Below, piece after piece: positions 1 through 7,109 of a stretch of 18,138 bases of DNA (position 1 is the stretch's first letter; each line of letters starts with the position of its first letter). Both the position numbers and the translations under genes were made by a program. The stretch lies in IMG/VR virus record IMGVR_UViG_648276671_000016; one strand, given 5' to 3'. This stretch comes from a virus. Taxonomy: Duplodnaviria; Heunggongvirae; Uroviricota; Caudoviricetes. The notes under the pieces were generated by a model. It saw only the letters and a program-made list of their open reading frames with translations. It did no database searches and was not told the origin of the DNA.

Positions 1-1143
1 CTATGCTGTTTTGATATCTACGATAACCCAGTCTTTACCACGATCATCATTGTATCGGTCGGTCATTTTTCTGGATTTATGGCCTAACAACTTTTGCGTA
101 TCCAGACCCTGTTCCCGATATAACCGTTCTGACAGAGATCGCTGCTCATGAAATGTGGGCGCAGTTCCTTGCTCCCATTTTATGCCACATTTTTCCCTGG
201 CCTTTTTAAAAGCCGTTGTCAGAGTATTTGCAGAAACCTGGTCTCCTCTGTTTGCTTGAGAGGTAGTGTGACGGTAATGGACCAGATATTTACTAACAAC
301 AGCATCCCTGCACTGAGATATAACTTCACGAAGGGTAATATTCAGAGCATCGCATTTCAGGTTAAGCGGAATAGCAAGTTTTGAACCGGTTTTTTCCTGA
401 GTAATGTGCAACATGTCGTCCCATATATCAGAGAATTTCAAATTGCAGATATCGCCTAAACGTTGTCCAGTGACAAGAGCAAGTAGCATCCCGCATTTTA
501 AATAGGGCTGCCGTCTGCTTACGCTGTCAAATATTGCCTGCCATTCGGGCAGTGATAATCTTTGGCGGTTTACTCGATTTCGCGGTTGTTTTGTTGCCTG
601 CGCTGGGTTAAATCCTGGCGGAACATGTCCTGCGTGTTGTGCTTCTTTGAAGACGTCGATTAACACCATTCTCACGACTTGCGCCATCCTGTTATGACCT
701 TCAGCCTTTACAGCATCAATTATTTCGGCAATATCAAGTGCGGTAATATCCTTGAGGTGTTGCATTCCACAATGCTCACGGAAAAGACGAATGGGTTTGC
801 CTTTTTGCCGATAGGAGTTGGGTCTTAGTTCATTATGTTGCAGCCTGTCCTCCTGGATAGAAATATATTTATCAAGCCATTCTGTCACCGTAATGTCTGA
901 GCGCCTGCCTTTCATTCTTTCCAGACGCTCATTGACGCTTAATATTTGTCGGGTACGTTGTTCAGCAATAATGGTATTTGCTTCAGTAGCAACTTGTTTT
1001 GCTTCATTCTCATCAGTTCCTAAGCTATGAAAACGACCGGATAGTGGATGTTTGTATTGCCAATATACCTTTCCGGTTCGCTTATCTAATTTGCAATATA
1101 AATTGGGTATAGAGATTTTGTGAGATCGGGGTCTAGCAGCCAT
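1..1143 (-). CDS. int: Tyrosine-type site-specific integrase (lambda-family phage integrase)
   Basis: 380-aa ORF. N-terminal RPRSH...PNLY and C-terminal HEQRSLSERLY / LLGHKS...MTDRYNDDRG parallel lambda Int (HELRSLSARLY, LLGHKSDTMASQYRDDRG) but the protein is clearly not lambda Int. Stop codon sits at nt 1-3; start overlaps xis by 11 nt. Confidence 0.9.
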   Translation of the reverse strand: MAARPRSHKISIPNLYCKLDKRTGKVYWQYKHPLSGRFHSLGTDENEAKQVATEANTIIAEQRTRQILSVNERLERMKGRRSDITVTEWLDKYISIQEDRLQHNELRPNSYRQKGKPIRLFREHCGMQHLKDITALDIAEIIDAVKAEGHNRMAQVVRMVLIDVFKEAQHAGHVPPGFNPAQATKQPRNRVNRQRLSLPEWQAIFDSVSRRQPYLKCGMLLALVTGQRLGDICNLKFSDIWDDMLHITQEKTGSKLAIPLNLKCDALNITLREVISQCRDAVVSKYLVHYRHTTSQANRGDQVSANTLTTAFKKAREKCGIKWEQGTAPTFHEQRSLSERLYREQGLDTQKLLGHKSRKMTDRYNDDRGKDWVIVDIKTA

Positions 1144-1369
1144 CAGCGATTATCCGTTGGAGTTTTGGGTTTGCGTTTATTGGGAGTTGCGGTTCTGCAA
1201 GCGTTCCTACAAAACGGGAATTTCGGTCAATCATCCAGTAGCGACCAACTTTTATAGCGGGTGGGGCCATCATTTTCCCTTGCGCGTATTTTTTCAGAAC
1301 TCGCTCACTTGGTGCTAAGTCCCCAAATTCTTCTTTAGCCCAGTCCTGTAAAGTGATTAGTCGAGACAT
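1133..1369 (-). CDS. xis: Excisionase (Xis-like winged-helix protein)
   Basis: 78-aa ORF immediately upstream of and overlapping int. N-terminal LITLQDWAKEE resembles lambda Xis LTLQEWNARQ. Strong RBS (AGAGGAGGACAA then ATG) on the minus strand. Confidence 0.7.
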   Translation of the reverse strand: MSRLITLQDWAKEEFGDLAPSERVLKKYAQGKMMAPPAIKVGRYWMIDRNSRFVGTLAEPQLPINANPKLQRIIADGC

Positions 1370-1508
1370 TTGTCCTCCTCTTAGCTGCTGAGGGAGTTTG
1401 TGACCGATATATCTGACATGATATTAAGCTCATGGCAGGTACATCTCTTGACTGGTCATAGAGATAAATTTAATGCTGAGAAATGCAGTATTGAATTTAT
1501 CAATTTTT

Positions 1509-1748
1509 CTATTTCCTGCGTATGGCACGTAACTTCTTAATGTGTTCTGCTGTATCGATCTCTTCGGCTATCCGATCTGCATCAGCTTTATTCACAGGTT
1601 CAAAGTCATGATTAAAGCGGAACATGCTGGCGATACATGTTCTGCCTTTTCGGATGTAGTGAACTTTGTTGTGGGTAGAACGCAGGATTTTGCAGGGAGT
1701 TCCGTGGTGGTCGACGTACCAGGTGTTAGGAAAAATGATTCTGAACAT
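1509..1748 (-). CDS. Hypothetical small phage protein (in the ea8.5 position of the exo-xis region)
   Basis: 79-aa ORF with good RBS (GAGGTG, 5-nt spacer). Co-oriented with the leftward early operon. Cys/His-rich N-terminal half (HHGTPC...H...H...C); not confidently assignable to a family. Confidence 0.5.
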   Translation of the reverse strand: MFRIIFPNTWYVDHHGTPCKILRSTHNKVHYIRKGRTCIASMFRFNHDFEPVNKADADRIAEEIDTAEHIKKLRAIRRK

Positions 1749-1795
1749 TTTTACACCTCAGTTGGACGATGTTGAAATTTGCTGCTTTGAGGCCA

Positions 1796-2014
1796 TCACA
1801 GTCCCCATTGTTTGTTCTTAAGTTCGATCTCCTCCTGGCAACTTGCACAAGTCCGACAACCCTGAACGGCCAGGCGTCTTCGCTCATCTATGGGATCGCC
1901 ACACTCACAACAATGAGTGGCAGATATAGCCAGGTGGTTCAGGCGGCGCATTTTTATTGCTGTGTTGCGCTGTAACTCTTCAATTTCTGATGCTGAATCA
2001 ATGATGTCTGCCAT
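1796..2014 (-). CDS. TraR/DksA-family C4-type zinc-finger protein
   Basis: 72-aa ORF containing CCEC...(14)...CRTCASC, the paired CxxC arrangement typical of phage/plasmid TraR-like proteins. Sits in the exo-xis region of the leftward operon. Confidence 0.75.
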   Translation of the reverse strand: MADIIDSASEIEELQRNTAIKMRRLNHLAISATHCCECGDPIDERRRLAVQGCRTCASCQEEIELKNKQWGL

Positions 2015-2062
2015 CTTCCATTAATCCCTGAATTGTTGGTTAATACGCTTGAGGGTGAATGC

Positions 2063-2090
2063 GAATAATAAAAAAGGAGCCTGTAGCTCC
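2063..2090 (-). terminator. Intrinsic terminator inside the leftward early operon
   Basis: Minus-strand transcript reads GGAGC-UACAG-GCUCC followed by UUUUUUAUUAUU (plus-strand stem halves at 2076-2080 and 2086-2090, A-run 2070-2075). Lies between the orf61-like and TraR-like genes. Confidence 0.4.
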
Positions 2091-2112
2091 CTGATGATTT
2101 TGCTTTTCATGT

Positions 2113-2328
2113 TCACCGTTCCTTAAAGACGCCGTTTAACATACCGATTGCCAGACCTAAGTGAGTCGGTGTGAATCCCATCAGCGTTACCGTTTCGCGG
2201 TGCTTCTTCAGTACGCTACGGCAAATGTCATCGACGTTTTTATCCGGAAACTGCTGTCTGGCTTTTTTGATTTCAGAATTAGCCTGACGGGCAATACTGC
2301 GAAGGGCGTTTTCTTGCTGAGGTGTCAT
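2113..2328 (-). CDS. Small exo-xis region protein (lambda orf61-like)
   Basis: ORF track gives 93 aa from a Met at 2394; I prefer the internal Met (MTPQQENALRSIARQ..., 71 aa) from position and recalled similarity to lambda orf61. Start choice is uncertain. Confidence 0.5.
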   Translation of the reverse strand: MTPQQENALRSIARQANSEIKKARQQFPDKNVDDICRSVLKKHRETVTLMGFTPTHLGLAIGMLNGVFKER

Positions 2329-2404
2329 TGAACAAGTCCCATGTCGGCAAGCATAAGCACACAGAATATGAAGCCCGCTGCCAGAAAAATGCATTCAGTG
2401 GTTG

Positions 2405-2596
2405 TCATACCTGGTCTCTCTCATCTGCTTCTGCTTTCGCCACCATCATTTCCAGCTTTTGTGAAAGGGATGTGGCTAACGTATGAAACTCTTCGTCTGT
2501 TTCTGCTGGTATTGGCACAAACCTGACTCCAATTTGAGCAAGGCTATGTGCCATCTCAATGCTCGTTCTTAACTCAACAGGAGATGCTTTGTGCAT
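2405..2596 (-). CDS. Small exo-xis region protein (lambda orf63-like)
   Basis: 63-aa ORF ([23 protein letters not shown]...) co-oriented between the orf61-like gene and orf60a/exo. Size and sequence match my recollection of lambda orf63. Confidence 0.55.
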   Translation of the reverse strand: MHKASPVELRTSIEMAHSLAQIGVRFVPIPAETDEEFHTLATSLSQKLEMMVAKAEADERDQV

Positions 2597-2757
2597 ACAG
2601 CCCCTCGTTTATTATTTATCTCCTCAGCCAGCCGCTGGGCTTTCAGTGGATTTTGGATAACAGAAAGGCCGGGAAATAGCCAGCCTCGCTTTGTAACGGA
2701 GTAGACGAAAGTGATCGCACCTACCCGGATATTATCGTGAGGATGCTTCATCGCCAT
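2569..2757 (-). CDS. Small exo-xis region protein (lambda orf60a-like)
   Basis: 62-aa ORF ([26 protein letters not shown]...) starting 10 nt inside the 3' end of exo. Matches my recollection of lambda orf60a. Confidence 0.55.
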   Translation of the reverse strand: MAMKHPHDNIRVGAITFVYSVTKRGWLFPGLSVIQNPLKAQRLAEEINNKRGAVCTKHLLLS

Positions 2758-3428
2758 TGCTCCCCAAATACAAAACCAATTTCAGCCAGTGCCTCGTCCA
2801 TTTTTTCGATGAACTCCGGCACCATCTCGTCAAAACTCGCCATGTAATTTTCATCCCGCTCAACCACGACATAATGCAGGCCTTCACGCTTCATTCGTGG
2901 GTCATAGTTGGCAAAGTACCAGGCATCTTTTCGTGTCACCCACATGCTGTACTGCACCTGGGCCATGTAAGCCGACTTTATGGCCTCGAAACCACCGAGC
3001 CGGAACTTCATGAAATCCCTGGAGGTAAACGGGCATTTCAGCTCAAGGCCATTGCCGTCACTGCATAAACCATCTGGAGAGCAGGCGGTACGCATACTTT
3101 CGTCGCGATAGATGATCGGGGATTCAATAACATTCACGCCGGAAGTGAACTCAAACAGGGTTCTGGCGTCGTTCTCGTACTGTTTTCCCCAGGCCAGTGC
3201 TTTAGCGTTAACTTCCGGAGCCACACCGGTGCAAACCTCGGCAAGCAGGGTGTGGAAGTAGGACATTTTCATGTCAGGCCACTTCTTTCCGGAGCGGGGT
3301 TTTGCTATCACGTTGTGAACTTCTGAAGCGGTGATGACGCCGAGCCGTAATTTGTGCCACGCATCATCCCCCTGTTCGACAGCTCTCACATCGATCCCGG
3401 TACGCTGCAGGATAATGTCCGGTGTCAT
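2748..3428 (-). CDS. exo: Lambda-type 5'-3' exonuclease (Red alpha)
   Basis: 226-aa translation ([40 protein letters not shown]...GEQWR) matches phage lambda Exo over its full length from memory. ATGA overlap with bet stop. Confidence 0.95.
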   Translation of the reverse strand: MTPDIILQRTGIDVRAVEQGDDAWHKLRLGVITASEVHNVIAKPRSGKKWPDMKMSYFHTLLAEVCTGVAPEVNAKALAWGKQYENDARTLFEFTSGVNVIESPIIYRDESMRTACSPDGLCSDGNGLELKCPFTSRDFMKFRLGGFEAIKSAYMAQVQYSMWVTRKDAWYFANYDPRMKREGLHYVVVERDENYMASFDEMVPEFIEKMDEALAEIGFVFGEQWR

Positions 3429-4210
3429 GCTGCCACCTTCTGCTCTGCGGCTTTCTGTTTCAGGAATCCAAGAGCTTTTACTGCTTCGGCCTGTGTCAGT
3501 TCTGACGATGCACGAATGTCGCGGCGAAATATCTGGGAACAGAGTGGCAATAAGTCGTCATCCCATGTTTTATCCAGGGCGATCAGCAGAGTGTTAATCT
3601 CCTGCATGGTTTCATCGTTAACCGGAGTGATGTCGCGTTCCGGCTGGCGTTCTGCAGTGTATGCAGTATTTTCGACAATGCGCTCGGCTTCATCCTTGTC
3701 ATAGATACCAGCAAATCCGAAGGCCAGACGGGCACACTGAATCATGGCTTTATGCCGTAACATTCGTTTGGGATGCGACTGCCACGGCCCCGTGATTTCT
3801 CTGCCTTCGCGGGTTTTGAATGGTTCGCGGCGGCATTCATCCATCCATTCGGTAACGCAGATCGGATGATTACGGTCCTTGCGGTAAATCCGGCATGTAC
3901 AGGATTCATTGTCCTGCTCAAAGTCCATGCCATCAAACTGCTGGTTTTCATTGATGATGCGGGACCAGCCATCAACGCCCACCACCGGAACGATGCCGTT
4001 CTGCTTATCAGGGAAGGCGTAAATTTCTTTCGTCCACGGATTAAGGCCGTATTGGTTGGCGACGATCAGCAATGCGATGAACTGCGCATCGCTGGCATCA
4101 CCTTTAAATGCCGTCTGGCGAAGAGTGGTGATCAGTTCCTGTGGGTCGACAGAATCCATGCCGACACGTTCAGCCAGCTTCCCTGCCAGCGTTGCGAGTG
4201 CTGTACTCAT
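3425..4210 (-). CDS. bet: Lambda-type single-strand annealing protein (Red beta)
   Basis: 261-aa translation ([66 protein letters not shown]...) matches lambda Bet end to end from memory. Confidence 0.95.
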   Translation of the reverse strand: MSTALATLAGKLAERVGMDSVDPQELITTLRQTAFKGDASDAQFIALLIVANQYGLNPWTKEIYAFPDKQNGIVPVVGVDGWSRIINENQQFDGMDFEQDNESCTCRIYRKDRNHPICVTEWMDECRREPFKTREGREITGPWQSHPKRMLRHKAMIQCARLAFGFAGIYDKDEAERIVENTAYTAERQPERDITPVNDETMQEINTLLIALDKTWDDDLLPLCSQIFRRDIRASSELTQAEAVKALGFLKQKAAEQKVAA

Positions 4211-4215
4211 CCGTT

Positions 4216-4512
4216 TTATACCTCTGAATCAATATCAACCTGGTGGTGAGCAATGGTTTCAACCATGTACCGGATGTGTTCTGCCATGCGCTCCTGAAAC
4301 TCAACATCGTCATCAAACGCACGGGTAATGGCTTTTTTGCTGGCCCCGTGGCGTTGCAAATGATCGATGCATAGCGATTCAAACAGGTGCTGGGGCAGGC
4401 CTTTTTCCATGTCGTCTGCCAGTTCTGCCTCTTTCTCTTCACGGGCGATCTGCTGGTAGTGACGCGCCCAGCTCTGAGCCTCAAGACGATCCTGAATGTA
4501 ATAAGCGTTCAT
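4216..4512 (-). CDS. gam: Gam, RecBCD inhibitor (short GamS-length form)
   Basis: 98-aa [24 protein letters not shown]...VDIDSEV corresponds to the lambda GamS portion. The in-frame upstream sequence has no start codon before a stop at 4567-4569. Confidence 0.9.
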   Translation of the reverse strand: MNAYYIQDRLEAQSWARHYQQIAREEKEAELADDMEKGLPQHLFESLCIDHLQRHGASKKAITRAFDDDVEFQERMAEHIRYMVETIAHHQVDIDSEV

Positions 4513-4587
4513 GGCTGAACTCCTGAAAATGGCTGTGAAAATATCGCCCGCGAAATGCCAGGCTGATTAGGAAAACAGGAAAGGGGA

Positions 4588-4878
4588 TTAGCGATTCAGG
4601 CCGTTACCGCGTCCGTCGAGAAAAACTTCCACGAGCAAATCACGGGTATAAGTGCGCTCGATGCCGCGATGCAGATAAAGCCGTCCGCGTAAATTAGCTG
4701 ATGCAGTCCAGGTACCATCTTTGTGTTTGACCAGCATTCCTGGCATGACCGCACCTCGATTAACGGTCTGCGTTCCGTAATGTTGATGAACCATAAAAAC
4801 TCCTGCCCGTAAGCTGGGCTGCTGAACATATAGAGACTTCTGCGCGTATTCAGGCGGTGGATGGCCGCCGGTTGTCAT
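4588..4878 (-). CDS. Hypothetical protein, first gene downstream of the putative pL/OL region (N position)
   Basis: Open frame 4588-4998. The only ATG with an upstream GAGG is at 4878 (96 aa, [20 protein letters not shown]...). The 136-aa form begins at a TTG with no SD. Composition is Trp/Tyr/His/Val-containing and looks like a folded protein, unlike the disordered lambda N. Confidence 0.4.
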   Translation of the reverse strand: MTTGGHPPPEYAQKSLYVQQPSLRAGVFMVHQHYGTQTVNRGAVMPGMLVKHKDGTWTASANLRGRLYLHRGIERTYTRDLLVEVFLDGRGNGLNR

Positions 4879-5035
4879 AACTAAGTCGCCTCGTTGAAGC
4901 GACTGAGGTATGAAGTGTTGAGTTGATTTCAGCTGGTCACACCGACGTTCACGCGTCCGCTTCACCCCTCGCACTCCCCGGAGCCTGCTGAAATTCAAGC
5001 TGCGGATCTAAGCGGTCATCGCAACGGTGAATCAG

Positions 5036-5150
5036 GTGGTTGCCGTATCGTTGTGTTGTTGCGATGAACTTATTTAAAACTATAGTTGTTTTATCGTCAA
5101 CAACAATAGTTGTTTTATTGGTTGTTTTAGATATAACTGGTTGTATTTAG
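5036..5150. promoter_or_regulatory. Putative OL operator cluster and leftward promoter
   Basis: Dense GTTGTT/AACAAC repeats, including the perfect inverted repeat AACAAC-AATA-GTTGTT at 5099-5114 and GTTGTT-N8-AACAAC at 5085-5104. Same half-site as the OR palindrome. A minus-strand -35 TTGACG (5095-5100) and -10 TTAAAT (5072-5077) are plausible. Confidence 0.45.
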
Positions 5151-5240
5151 GATGGATTTATTTTGTGACTTGAATCGCATAGCGATAACTGAAGCGAGGT
5201 TATGGTGGTTTTTTTAACGGTGTGTGTGATGAGGGGAGGG

Positions 5241-5268
5241 CAAAAGAAAACCCGGCACGGTGACCGGG
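5241..5268 (-). terminator. Intrinsic terminator downstream of the repressor gene
   Basis: Plus-strand CCCGG (5251-5255) and CCGGG (5264-5268) form a GC stem. On the minus strand it is followed by UUUUCUUUUG (plus 5241-5250). About 120 nt beyond the cI stop. Confidence 0.5.
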
Positions 5269-5389
5269 ATTCTTACGCCGTTAGGTAAAGATATTATTGC
5301 GGTGGCTTAATATTACTACCTAGAGCAAAGATAGGAATTAGTTCTTTACTGAATGAGCACAATGCCCAGTTGATAATTTTTAATTGGTA

Positions 5390-6079
5390 CTACCCATGCT
5401 TCCTATATGTCTGCGGCATGCTCCCAATAACCTTACCGAAGATGAACACCCGGTTCATCTCGTCTTTCTCGATCGGGTCCCACGGTGAGTAGCTTTTGTT
5501 ATCAGAGATGACCAGCAGCTTATCCTTCATCATTTGCAGGCGCTTTACATGGGCTGTGTCGTCGTACAGAAACGCATAGATACCATCACCGTCGAAAGAT
5601 TTAACTGTGATATCAACGAACAGCAGATCACCTGGTTCGATCGTTCCTGACATGCTGTCACCACGCACGTTAATGATGCGGATATTTTCCGCCTTCCTAC
5701 CATCGAACATGTGACGAGCATCGTCAAACGAGTACTCAACCGAGCGTAGAACTTCTACAAACTCACGGTTGATGACTCCCGGCCCAGCACTGACTTCTAT
5801 ATCAAGAACGTCAATCTTGAAGTATTTGGAATGGCTGACAGTTGATTGTATTGGTTGCACTGTACTGTCTGACATATTTCCAACGCCAGAAGATAACCAT
5901 TCTGCGCGCACACCCAAAGCGTTCGCGATCTCCACGATTTTAGTTGTTTGATTAGCTTTCCCTGTTTCGATTTTCTGAATAGCAGCTTGGCTAACCCCGA
6001 CCAAATCCCCAAGCGCCTTTTGTGTAAGGCCTCGCGCTAATCTGGCTTCTTTAAGTCTTTCTGAGAGTGTTGTTTTCAT
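5390..6079 (-). CDS. cI: CI-type prophage repressor (XRE HTH plus S24 LexA-like peptidase domain)
   Basis: N-terminal HTH (LSERLKEARLARGLTQKALGDLVGVSQAAIQKIETG). C-terminal autocleavage domain with Ser in VRGDSMSGTIEPGDLLFVD and Lys in HVKRL. I start at the internal Met at 6079; the 6145 ATG of the ORF track lies inside the operator palindrome. Confidence 0.85.
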   Translation of the reverse strand: MKTTLSERLKEARLARGLTQKALGDLVGVSQAAIQKIETGKANQTTKIVEIANALGVRAEWLSSGVGNMSDSTVQPIQSTVSHSKYFKIDVLDIEVSAGPGVINREFVEVLRSVEYSFDDARHMFDGRKAENIRIINVRGDSMSGTIEPGDLLFVDITVKSFDGDGIYAFLYDDTAHVKRLQMMKDKLLVISDNKSYSPWDPIEKDEMNRVFIFGKVIGSMPQTYRKHG

Positions 6080-6183
6080 AGTCCAAATGTACAACCAAGG
6101 TTTTATTCTATCAAACGAAAATGGTTGTTGACTAAAAACAACCATAGTTTTAATCTTGATTCAAATTAACCACGGAGGTTGTT
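6080..6183. promoter_or_regulatory. OR operator/promoter region between divergent repressor and cro
   Basis: 25-bp perfect palindrome ATGGTTGTT-GACTAAA-AACAACCAT at 6121-6145, overlapping a rightward -35 TTGACT (6128-6133). Further half-sites at 6069-6074, 6091-6096 and 6177-6183. Minus-strand TAGAAT (rc of 6106-6111) is a candidate -10 for the repressor promoter. Confidence 0.6.
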
Positions 6184-6414
6184 ATGAACCCAGCTATCAA
6201 AACAGCGATCAATATCGTTGGTTCACAAAAGAAACTGGGCGCTGCTTGCGAAGTTTCACAGCAGGCCGTCTATAAGTGGCTTCACAACAAAGCAAAGGTA
6301 TCCCCTGAACATGTCGGCAGCATTGTTACGGCTACTGGTGGAGTAGTGAAGGCATACCAGATTCGCCCGGATCTTCCGAAGTTGTTTCCACACACCGAAA
6401 AGAACGCAGCTTAA
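6184..6414 (+). CDS. cro: Cro-like small DNA-binding protein (YdaS/Cro family)
   Basis: 76-aa ORF divergent from the repressor with strong RBS (GGAGG). Sequence (QKKLGAACEVSQQAVYKWLHNK) is a compact HTH. Confidence 0.8.
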   Translation: MNPAIKTAINIVGSQKKLGAACEVSQQAVYKWLHNKAKVSPEHVGSIVTATGGVVKAYQIRPDLPKLFPHTEKNAA

Positions 6415-6426
6415 ATTTCCATTTCA

Positions 6427-6439
6427 CGCTCTTTAACAA
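6427..6439 (+). promoter_or_regulatory. boxA-like element (candidate nutR component)
   Basis: CGCTCTTTAACAA lies 13 nt after the cro stop, a near-perfect match to the boxA consensus (lambda CGCTCTTA; rrn TGCTCTTTAACAA). No convincing GC-rich boxB hairpin follows within 40 nt. Confidence 0.35.
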
Positions 6440-6483
6440 TAAGCAATCAACTTAACAGTCAATTCAAACTAAAGGAGTCAATT

Positions 6484-7023
6484 ATGCAACCACTTACATA
6501 CCAACAGACTAGCGGATTTAGCCCGACTGCGGTGATAAATCGTTCTCAAACAAAACAGGTGCCAGGCCACGAAAAAATCCGTGATGTCGTCCGCGCTTGG
6601 TCGGCTGAAGATAATCAGGATGTCGTTGCCACACTCATTGTGAATGAGTATCGGGAGCAGGGCGGCGGCACCATCGATTTCCCTGATGATGTCAGCCGTG
6701 CACGCCAGAAGCTGTTCCGCTTCCTCGATAACAAATTCGATTCTGAAAAATACCGAAATAACGTGCGTGAACTGACCCCGGCAATTCTGGCGGTACTACC
6801 GCTGGAATATCGCGGCCACCTGGTTGAGCAGGATAGCTTCATGGCTCGGCTGGCTGAAATGGAAAAGGAACTCAGTGAGGCAAAACAGGCTGTCATTCTC
6901 AACGCACCACGCCACCAGAAACTGAAGGAGATGAGTGAAGGCATTGTGTCGATGTTTCGTGTGGACCCAGATCTGGCTGGTCCATTGATGGCGATGGTTA
7001 CTACCATGCTGGGGGCGATATGA
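6484..7023 (+). CDS. ydaT: YdaT-family protein (Rac-prophage YdaT-like; proposed CII functional analogue)
   Basis: 179-aa ORF with RBS AAGGAG. Motifs EYREQGGGTIDFP and LTPAILAVLPLEYRGHL resemble E. coli Rac YdaT (EYLRQGGGELP, LIPAILAILPRELRHRL). Sits in the cII position. Confidence 0.75.
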   Translation: MQPLTYQQTSGFSPTAVINRSQTKQVPGHEKIRDVVRAWSAEDNQDVVATLIVNEYREQGGGTIDFPDDVSRARQKLFRFLDNKFDSEKYRNNVRELTPAILAVLPLEYRGHLVEQDSFMARLAEMEKELSEAKQAVILNAPRHQKLKEMSEGIVSMFRVDPDLAGPLMAMVTTMLGAI

Positions 7024-7109
7024 CAGGTTCAGAAATGGCGAAAGCCGGTCTGCTGGAACAGAACCGACTTTCAGGTGCAAATCGTAACACACTCATTGCG
7101 GGAGGAATT

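Noticed and set aside
2329-2394. Longer 93-aa form of the orf61-like gene starting at 2394
   Set aside because: The N-terminal extension (MHFSGSGLHILCAYACRHGTCS) looks non-native; the internal Met gives the MTPQQ start I associate with this family. Uncertain, so confidence is kept moderate.
3773-4249. 158-aa plus-strand ORF
   Set aside because: Lies entirely antisense within bet, whose identity is unambiguous; no RBS context; typical shadow ORF of a GC-balanced gene.
4596-4829. 77-aa ORF in an alternative minus-strand frame
   Set aside because: Overlaps the preferred N-position frame; Cys/Trp-rich low-complexity translation and no RBS.
4588-4998. Calling this ORF the N antiterminator
   Set aside because: The arginine-rich stretch exists only in the TTG-initiated extension with no RBS, and the remainder is not N-like in composition. 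Left as hypothetical and flagged as a finding.
5200-5216. Plus-strand terminator-like ATAAC...GTTAT stem followed by GGTGGTTTTTTT
   Set aside because: AT-only 5-bp stem with a 9-nt loop and no upstream plus-strand gene to terminate; likely incidental.
7024-7109. oop-like antisense RNA terminator in the ydaT-O intergenic region
   Set aside because: Only an imperfect hairpin (GGTCTG...CAGAACC) with a weak U-tract on the minus strand; insufficient to annotate.
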